64,000 bases of DNA, from the NCBI GenBank assembly GCA_963665815.1, contig OY762463.1:3776001-3840000 (forward strand), written 5' to 3'. Below the pieces are notes generated by a model. That model was not told the origin of the DNA, made no database searches, and saw only the letters and a list, made by a program, of their open reading frames with translations. Numbering within the stretch: the stretch's first letter is position 1; every line of letters begins with the position of its first letter. Both the position numbers and the translations under genes were made by a program. This document shows, piece after piece, positions 56,865-64,000 of the stretch. This DNA is from Candidatus Cloacimonadales bacterium. GTDB lineage: Bacteria; Cloacimonadota; Cloacimonadia; Cloacimonadales; JAIOQZ01.

Positions 56865-59800
56865 ATGTGGAAAAAAAGAATAGAGCTCGAAAGGGTTTTA
56901 CGGTTTATTGATGAGTTAAGAGACAAATGTTATTCTGATTGTTCTGAAATGACTGTTGAATATGTTAACAGCAATAAGAAACCTATTGAGTACAATGATT
57001 TACCTAATTATACATTTTCCGGTATAAAGATCGGAGAAAAATGGGCGGAAGTCTGGAATTGTGCCTGGTTCAGAATGAAAGGTATTATTCCGACAGAATT
57101 TTCAGATTGTAAGTATGGAGCGTATATAGATATCACCGGTGAAGGCTGTGTTTATCTTAATGGCAAGCCATATATGGGACTTACTGCCAAGAGTCCAGCC
57201 TACCATCATGAAGGTAAATACTATGTGGATCTGGATTTTCTGAAACCTGGAGAAGAGTTTGAATTACTGGTCGATGCATCAGCAAATGGTCTTTTCGGTA
57301 AGCAGGATACAGAGTTCAAATTGAAGAAAGCTCATGTTGTACTTTTAAATGAGAAGTTCAGAAAATTATATATTGATGTTTTCACTCTTTATCATCTTGC
57401 AAAAAGTCTTGATGAAAATAGTGTCCAGAGGAAAAAGCTGATATATGGTCTAAATGAAGTTTGCAACGTATGGAATGATGGTAAAGGTGTTGACTCTGCT
57501 CTAAAAGTTTCAGCATCATTACTTGATTCAAAAGCAAACCAGAGTGCTCTGGATGTATATTCTGTCGGACATGCTCACCTTGATTTAGCCTGGTTATGGC
57601 CAATAAGAGAAACAAAACGAAAAGCTGTAAGAACGTTTACAACTGCTCTTCGTAATATAGAGAAGTTTCCTGATTATGTTTTTGGGGCATCTCAGCCTCA
57701 AATTTATGAATGGATATTCGAAAATCAATCTCATGTCTTCACCGAAATTCAGGAAGCTGTGAAGAAAGGTCAATGGGAATGTCAGGGTGGCATGTGGGTT
57801 GAACCAGATATGAATATAACGGGTGGAGAATCACTTGTAAGACAGTGCATATATGGTAAACAGTTTTACATGGAGCATTTCAATGTTGATGTAAAAAATC
57901 TGTGGTTACCGGATGTCTTTGGATATTCTGCAGCTTTACCGCAAATTCTCAGGAAATGTGGAATTGATACATTTATGACTCAGAAGATTTCCTGGAACGA
58001 AACAAATGTATTTCCATATCATACCTTTTACTGGAAAGGTATAGACAATACAAGAATACTCACACATTTTCTTCCTACAAATGATTATAATCTTGCCAAT
58101 ATGCCTGATCAACTAATGAAAAGCGCTGAAAGATTTGCGCAGTCAGATGTCTCAAATGAATTTCTCAACCTTTATGGTATTGGAGACGGTGGGGGAGGAC
58201 CTTCCGAACTGCATATTGAGCTTGGTCTCAGACAGAGAGATATGGAAAGTATTCCAAAGTTCAAGTTTGCCAAGGGGCAGGATTTCTTTGATAAGATCCA
58301 TAAAATACCTGAAGAGAAGCTTCCGACGTGGGTTGGAGAATTGTATCTTGAGCTGCATAGAGGAACTTTGACTTCACAAGCATATATGAAGAAACTGAAT
58401 CGAAAACTCGAACTGGTTCTCAGAGATATTGAAATTCTAATGGTTATGTCAGGATATGACAGAAATGTGTTTAAACAGGAAATTGATAGAGTATGGAAAG
58501 ACACTTTGATGAATCAGTTTCATGATATTCTTCCCGGATCATCAATACCTTGGGTTTACAAAGATGCTCATAAGCTTTCAGAGGAGAACCTGCAGAGACT
58601 TGAGAACATAAAAGAAACAATGCTGTTTAATGTAATTGAGAAGAAAAAGAATTCCTGGACAATCATTAATACTCTTAACTGGGAGAGAAAAGATGTTGTT
58701 CAGCTTAAGTGCAGGGATAAAATCTCAGGAATGAATGATGAATATGGTAATGAAATCGAGTTTTATCAGAATGGAGATGACGTAGATTGCTTTGTAAGTA
58801 TTCCTGCCTTATCAGCTGTTTCTGTTTTTGCAATAGAGTCAAAAATCAATAAGGATGAAAACTTCAGGATTATCTGGAATAAAGGAAGTATCGTAACACC
58901 ATTCTACAAAATAGATATTGATGAAAATGGATGCTTGACCTCAATATTTGTCAAAGAGCTTAATAGAGAAATCTTAAAGGGTAAAGCAAATGTGCTGCAA
59001 CTTTGGGAAGACAAGCCTAACAACTGGGATGCCTGGGATGTTAACCACTATTATAGAGGAACAACTCCGGTAAATGCTGTTCTGGAAAACATGGAGATTG
59101 TAAAACATTCAGAAATTTCCATACAGATAAAACAGGAATTCAAAGTAGGACAATCGAGGATTCATCAGATAGTAGAGTTGTTTACACATAAACCTGGTAT
59201 TGTATTCCATAATAAAGTTGATTGGCGAGAAGAAAGGAAGATGCTCAGAGTACAGGCTGTTCCTGATATTCAGGCTGTAAATGCCAGTTATGAAATTCAA
59301 TATGGCACACTTGAGAGACCTGCTCATAATAATACAAGCTGGGATGAAACAAAGTTCGAAGTAACAGGGCATCGTTTTGCTGATTTATCACAGGCTGATA
59401 TGGGATTTGCATTAATAAATGATTGTAAGTACGGACACTATATTAAAGATAACGTTATGGAACTGACATTGTTGAGAAGCCCACAGAATCCGGATCCTCA
59501 TGCAGATATTGGTATTCATCAGTTTTCTTACATGTATTATCCTCATGCAGGTGATCTTAACAGCTCAGATGTCTTCAAAGTTGCGCATAATTTTAATTCA
59601 GCATTAATTGTTGCTGAAGGTATTCCCGAAAAGAATGATTCTCTGAAATCATTGATTTCATTAGATTCGGATAATGTAAAAGTTGAAGTTATAAAGTATG
59701 CTGAGAGCAATAGTGACATTATTATCAGGATGTATGAATTTAAAGGAACTCCGGTTAATGCAGAAATGGATATCAAGATTCCTTATAGTAAAATTGTTGA

Positions 59801-59903
59801 AACTGATATGATGGAAAATGAACTGGATAATCAGGAACTATTAGATCTGAAACAATTGGAATTCAGAAAATTTGAAATAAAAACGTTCAGAATCAGTATA
59901 TGA
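56865..59903 (+). CDS. Alpha-mannosidase, GH38
   Basis: HAHLDLAWLW, WLPDVFGY, GDGGGGP, QFHDILPG. Confidence 0.92.
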   Translation: MWKKRIELERVLRFIDELRDKCYSDCSEMTVEYVNSNKKPIEYNDLPNYTFSGIKIGEKWAEVWNCAWFRMKGIIPTEFSDCKYGAYIDITGEGCVYLNGKPYMGLTAKSPAYHHEGKYYVDLDFLKPGEEFELLVDASANGLFGKQDTEFKLKKAHVVLLNEKFRKLYIDVFTLYHLAKSLDENSVQRKKLIYGLNEVCNVWNDGKGVDSALKVSASLLDSKANQSALDVYSVGHAHLDLAWLWPIRETKRKAVRTFTTALRNIEKFPDYVFGASQPQIYEWIFENQSHVFTEIQEAVKKGQWECQGGMWVEPDMNITGGESLVRQCIYGKQFYMEHFNVDVKNLWLPDVFGYSAALPQILRKCGIDTFMTQKISWNETNVFPYHTFYWKGIDNTRILTHFLPTNDYNLANMPDQLMKSAERFAQSDVSNEFLNLYGIGDGGGGPSELHIELGLRQRDMESIPKFKFAKGQDFFDKIHKIPEEKLPTWVGELYLELHRGTLTSQAYMKKLNRKLELVLRDIEILMVMSGYDRNVFKQEIDRVWKDTLMNQFHDILPGSSIPWVYKDAHKLSEENLQRLENIKETMLFNVIEKKKNSWTIINTLNWERKDVVQLKCRDKISGMNDEYGNEIEFYQNGDDVDCFVSIPALSAVSVFAIESKINKDENFRIIWNKGSIVTPFYKIDIDENGCLTSIFVKELNREILKGKANVLQLWEDKPNNWDAWDVNHYYRGTTPVNAVLENMEIVKHSEISIQIKQEFKVGQSRIHQIVELFTHKPGIVFHNKVDWREERKMLRVQAVPDIQAVNASYEIQYGTLERPAHNNTSWDETKFEVTGHRFADLSQADMGFALINDCKYGHYIKDNVMELTLLRSPQNPDPHADIGIHQFSYMYYPHAGDLNSSDVFKVAHNFNSALIVAEGIPEKNDSLKSLISLDSDNVKVEVIKYAESNSDIIIRMYEFKGTPVNAEMDIKIPYSKIVETDMMENELDNQELLDLKQLEFRKFEIKTFRISI

Positions 59904-59924
59904 TCAGATAGAAATTAATAAGTA

Positions 59925-59949
59925 AAGACCGATTAAGATCGGTCTTTTC
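59925..59949. terminator. Bidirectional terminator
   Basis: aagaccgat-taag-atcggtcttt between convergent genes. Confidence 0.75.
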
Positions 59950-62666
59950 TATTTTGCGATCGGTAGTTTAATTATCAGCTTCATACCATTGGTTTCTGAA
60001 GGTTCCGCAGAGATAATTCCATGATGGGCTTTAGTAATTATAAAATAACTGACAGATAGTCCAAGCCCTGTCCCAACTCCAATATCCTTTGTAGTAAAGA
60101 ATGGTTCAAATATTTTGTTAGGTTTGTCCGTATGAATACCAGGTCCATTGTCGGATATCTCGGTGACAACATGATTTTTAGATTCATAAGTTTTAATAAC
60201 AATTTCCGGATCAGAAATATTTGATTCAGATAGGTAGATTGCCTGAGCAGCATTTTTAAGGATATTGAAGAAAACCTGCTCTATTTCTGAAAAATCGACA
60301 TAAACATTACTGATTGATTCATCATAATCTCTAATGATATTTATATGTCTGAAATCATATGATTTACTAATGTCGAAGTCATTTTTTACAATTTTTATAG
60401 CGGATTCAATTATTTTGTTTACAGATAATTCCTCAAAGTCTGAATTACTTTTCCTACTGAAATTCATCAGATTAGCTACAATTTTAGATGCTTTTGATGC
60501 TGCATCACTTATACCTGACAAATAATTATAGATATGTCTTTTCTCGAAGTAACTGGAAAGGGCTTCCAGATCTATTCCTGTTTCTTCAGCTGCTTTTTTA
60601 TTCATAGGAAGGTCTTTGGAAATTCTTCTCAAAGTATTTTGAATACCGGACATTATTGAACCGAGTGGATTGTTTATTTCGTGTGCCATACCGGCGGCTA
60701 ATTCACCAATACTGGACATTTTTTCAGATTGAATTAGTTTTCTTTCGAAAAATACTTTGTCTGTTATATCGTCAATTCTAATGACAGCAGAATCTCTATT
60801 TTCGTGCGATATAGGGTATAGAAGTATATTAACGAATCTCTCATTATTATCTTGAAGAAAATATACTTCATTAAGTACCAGCTTTTCTTTGTTTTCTACA
60901 CAGTTCTTAATCTGGCTTTCGTAAGGTTTCAGAAATGTAAATGTTGTAAAAACATTCAGAAGGAGCATGTGTCCCATGGGATTTGCGCAATATGATTTTG
61001 CCAGATGGTTTAACCTTGTAATTTTGTATTCTGTATCAATACCAATTATTGCTGAAGGCATAGAATTAACAAGAGCATTAAGGTATTGCTGTGTTTGACG
61101 GAGTATTTGCTGAGAGTGTTTCTGAAGTGTGACATTGGAAAAAAATGATATGTATCTGTTTTCATTAATTTGAACTCCACTGAAACTTACCCAGACTCTG
61201 ATTCCATTCCTTCTGATCAGCTCAATTTCATCGCTCAGATATCCGGTTTGCTTCATTTGGACAATCAAAGAATGCAGCTTTTCAATATGCTCTTTGGCAG
61301 TAATGTCACGAATTGTTCTGGCTTTCAATTCTTCTCTTGTGTAACTCAGTAAGTACTCAGCGGCTCGATTAGTCTCAAAAATTTTTCCTTTTTCGTCAAA
61401 GGCTATAAAACCCTCAGGTGAGTTTTCAATGTAGTCTCTGTATCTTTTCTCATTAAGCAGTAATTCCTGCTCTATTTTTTTTCTTCTTGTAATATCTGTT
61501 ATAAAACAAAGAATTGCCGGTTCTGATTTCCATGATATTTTTGTAAGATTAACAATACCCCATTTTAGACTACCATTCTTCTTTATTATTCTGCAGTCAT
61601 TTGCTGATATAGGATATCCCTCAAGTCGAAGCACTAAATTTGTTTTCAGAAGTTCTCTATCATGTTCATGGAAAATTGAGCTGAACACAATATTGTTAAT
61701 CTCATTTTCATTATAACCGGTAAGAACAGTTGCCGAAGGATTTGAGTACACGCATTTATCATCACAAATGACGAAAATTGCTTCGATTGCATGATTGATA
61801 AAAGATCTGTATTTAGCTTCGCTGGTAATCAATTCCTGTTCGTATTTTTTTCTGTCTGTTATATCTGTAATAAAGCAGATTGCAGCAATATCATTTTTCC
61901 ATTCTATGTTGGCTGCACTGATCAAGCCCCACCTTACTTCTCCATTTTTTCTGACAAACCTGAAATCATATGGAGGTACTTCTATACCAGAAAGCCGTTT
62001 CTCATGATTTTCAACAATCATTGGTACATCTTCAGGATATATAAAATCAGTGAACTTTTTGTTCAAAAGATCATCAATAGAGTACCCACCTAAGTCTACT
62101 GCTGATTTATTCAGAAATACAAAACTATTATTCTGGATAATCATGATGGTTTCGTGTACATTATCAATAACTGACTTATATAGGAAGCTCTGCTCCCGAG
62201 TAATTTCACTTTCCTGAGAATCATATTTTCTCAATCTGTCTGAAAGTGTATTACAGATATCCTTGATAATTATTTTCATAAATTGATCAAACTTTTTAAC
62301 ATCAATTTCCTCTGATAAAAGTATAATATCAATACTGCCGGAATCGAAATCATTTAGCTTGAAGCTATACCTTAATTTTTCAGATTTTAATGATGAAGGG
62401 TTTGGGGATTTAGAGTTCTGTATTTCATTATAGGTTTTACCTTTGATAGAAAATTCAACAGTCGTCGATTGAATGTAGCTCTGGGAATAAATTGCATTAC
62501 ACAAAGCTTTAGGGATGCATTCAATATTATGCTCTTTGATCAGTAATCTGTATATACAGCAACTTAAATTTGTCACAGAGTTCCCCTGAAAATCGCTTAA
62601 GATATTTTGAGTGCCTTTCTCAGACTCATCATTACACAATTTGCTTCCTTTTTTTATATTTACCAT
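59949..62666 (-). CDS. Multi-PAS sensor histidine kinase
   Basis: PAS/PAC repeats (DITDRK, DITRRK), AHEINNPL, DNGPG, PFFTTK, GTGLGL. Confidence 0.92.
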   Translation of the reverse strand: MVNIKKGSKLCNDESEKGTQNILSDFQGNSVTNLSCCIYRLLIKEHNIECIPKALCNAIYSQSYIQSTTVEFSIKGKTYNEIQNSKSPNPSSLKSEKLRYSFKLNDFDSGSIDIILLSEEIDVKKFDQFMKIIIKDICNTLSDRLRKYDSQESEITREQSFLYKSVIDNVHETIMIIQNNSFVFLNKSAVDLGGYSIDDLLNKKFTDFIYPEDVPMIVENHEKRLSGIEVPPYDFRFVRKNGEVRWGLISAANIEWKNDIAAICFITDITDRKKYEQELITSEAKYRSFINHAIEAIFVICDDKCVYSNPSATVLTGYNENEINNIVFSSIFHEHDRELLKTNLVLRLEGYPISANDCRIIKKNGSLKWGIVNLTKISWKSEPAILCFITDITRRKKIEQELLLNEKRYRDYIENSPEGFIAFDEKGKIFETNRAAEYLLSYTREELKARTIRDITAKEHIEKLHSLIVQMKQTGYLSDEIELIRRNGIRVWVSFSGVQINENRYISFFSNVTLQKHSQQILRQTQQYLNALVNSMPSAIIGIDTEYKITRLNHLAKSYCANPMGHMLLLNVFTTFTFLKPYESQIKNCVENKEKLVLNEVYFLQDNNERFVNILLYPISHENRDSAVIRIDDITDKVFFERKLIQSEKMSSIGELAAGMAHEINNPLGSIMSGIQNTLRRISKDLPMNKKAAEETGIDLEALSSYFEKRHIYNYLSGISDAASKASKIVANLMNFSRKSNSDFEELSVNKIIESAIKIVKNDFDISKSYDFRHINIIRDYDESISNVYVDFSEIEQVFFNILKNAAQAIYLSESNISDPEIVIKTYESKNHVVTEISDNGPGIHTDKPNKIFEPFFTTKDIGVGTGLGLSVSYFIITKAHHGIISAEPSETNGMKLIIKLPIAK

Positions 62667-62811
62667 AAATTTCTTCTGTAATATGTATTTCTATACTATT
62701 AATATAATTAGAATAATCTCAATTTCATACTTTTTTTTATAAAAAACAAAAAAAATCTTACATACTCTAATTTTTACAAATATCTTGATATTTATCTTCA
62801 TTTAATATCTA

Positions 62812-63573
62812 ATGCCTCTCATGAATAATAAACTTGAAAAGATAAAAACTAAGCTCAAAATGTTTACTGGTTGGGATTTCTCAGATATTACATCTGATAA
62901 GTCTATGGAGTCAGATGTTCTGTCATGGAGTTACATGGATATTGTACGGCAATTCGTTAAGCAATCATCTGCCATGTTAGACTTAGGTACAGGTGGGGGA
63001 GAGTTTCTTTTAAGCCTGAGTGAGCAGCCTGAGATTACTTGTGCAACAGAAGGCTATAGACCAAACTATGAATTAGCACTGACGAATCTTAAACCCCGGG
63101 GAATTGATGTACGGTTTATTTCAGATGATCTGATACCTTTTGACGATGAATCTTTTGATCTGATTATTAACAGGCATGAATCCTATAATCCTCAGGAAGT
63201 ATTCAGAGTTTTGAAATCGGGTGGAGTGTATATTACACAGCAGGTTGGTGGACTGAATGATAAAGAACTGAACATTGATCTTGGAGCACCGGAATCAGAG
63301 TTTTCTTTCTGGAATCTTGATTCCGCATGCAGTCAGCTTGAGGAGTTCTTCAAAATTAATGATAGAAAAGAGGAACTCGTCAGGACTCACTTCAGATCAA
63401 TAGAGGCAGTGTGTTTCTATTTGAATGCTGTTCCATGGCAGATCAGGGACTTTAGTATAGAAAAATATGAATCAGAACTTCTTAATATTGACAAAAGAAT
63501 AGAGAATGATGGAAAATATTCAGTAACGTGTCACAGATTTTTAATACAAGCTGTAAAAAGGGAGGAAAAATGA
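62812..63573 (+). CDS. Class I SAM-dependent methyltransferase
   Basis: LDLGTGGGE, FDLIINRH, RVLKSGG.YITQQVG. Confidence 0.85.
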   Translation: MPLMNNKLEKIKTKLKMFTGWDFSDITSDKSMESDVLSWSYMDIVRQFVKQSSAMLDLGTGGGEFLLSLSEQPEITCATEGYRPNYELALTNLKPRGIDVRFISDDLIPFDDESFDLIINRHESYNPQEVFRVLKSGGVYITQQVGGLNDKELNIDLGAPESEFSFWNLDSACSQLEEFFKINDRKEELVRTHFRSIEAVCFYLNAVPWQIRDFSIEKYESELLNIDKRIENDGKYSVTCHRFLIQAVKREEK

Positions 63574-64000
63574 TAAGATTACTAATTGTTTTATTGATTG
63601 TTTCAGGATGCGGAATTATTGGTTGTGACAGGAAAGTTGAAAGCAAAGCAGGTAAACTGTCTGTAATTGATAGTCTGGGCTGGCAGGAAGATGAAAACTA
63701 TAATTTCGGTGGACTTGTTTACACTGCGATTAAGGATAATGAACTCTTTGTTGCAGATCCGAGTGCTTGTGAGATCAGGATTTATGATTTCGAAACTATG
63801 AAGTTTGATAGAAAATTCGGTGTAAAAGGACATGGCCCCGGAGAACTTAATTTTATTGGTCCATTTACTATTAGTGAAAGTGGTGATATTATTGTACCGG
63901 ATCCTTCATCCCTGACAATTACGATCTTCGATAAATCAGGTCAGTACAAGGAGACATTAAAAACGGACTTTCCTAACTCAGTAAAATTCTTTAATGATAA
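63570..64000 (+). CDS. Lipoprotein with 6-bladed (NHL-like) beta-propeller, partial
   Basis: Not in the ORF track: MIRLLIVLLIVSGCGIIGC...LFVAD...FGVKGHGPGEL...IFDKSGQY; open to the window end. Confidence 0.75.
   Translation, partial: MIRLLIVLLIVSGCGIIGCDRKVESKAGKLSVIDSLGWQEDENYNFGGLVYTAIKDNELFVADPSACEIRIYDFETMKFDRKFGVKGHGPGELNFIGPFTISESGDIIVPDPSSLTITIFDKSGQYKETLKTDFPNSVKFFND

Overview
Low-GC bacterial chromosome window, probably from an anaerobe of the Cloacimonadota (WWE1) lineage. That placement is inferred from recalled 16S signatures, FlgD-Ig/T9SS-type C-terminal sorting domains, a C25 gingipain-like protein and PFOR; it is not from a database search. From left to right: (i) the start of a hydrogenase-associated signalling module (DRTGG protein, RsbT-like kinase, 2x[4Fe-4S] FeFe-hydrogenase-like protein); (ii) ChaN-folP-dacA-coaE; (iii) an MBOAT/SGNH-like pair; (iv) a tandem array of three ~930-aa secreted FG-GAP proteins with near-identical ends, divergent middles, two remnant copies and an embedded structured ~220-nt element; (v) housekeeping genes (PFOR, rpsO, pnp, ahcY, two nucleotide-sugar dehydrogenases, hflKC, tadA overlapping tRNA-Ser, guaB, xerD, tpiA, serS); (vi) a complete rrn operon; (vii) a decaying accessory island between 5S rRNA and tRNA-Lys (split KAP NTPase, TetR-CPBP, IS3 remnant, gene fragments); (viii) a C25 protein lacking the canonical His, a DEAD-box helicase with a long structured leader, a GH38 mannosidase, a PAS histidine kinase, a methyltransferase and a partial beta-propeller lipoprotein. 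The best candidate for an undescribed system is the mosaic FG-GAP cassette array at 7.9-17.1 kb.
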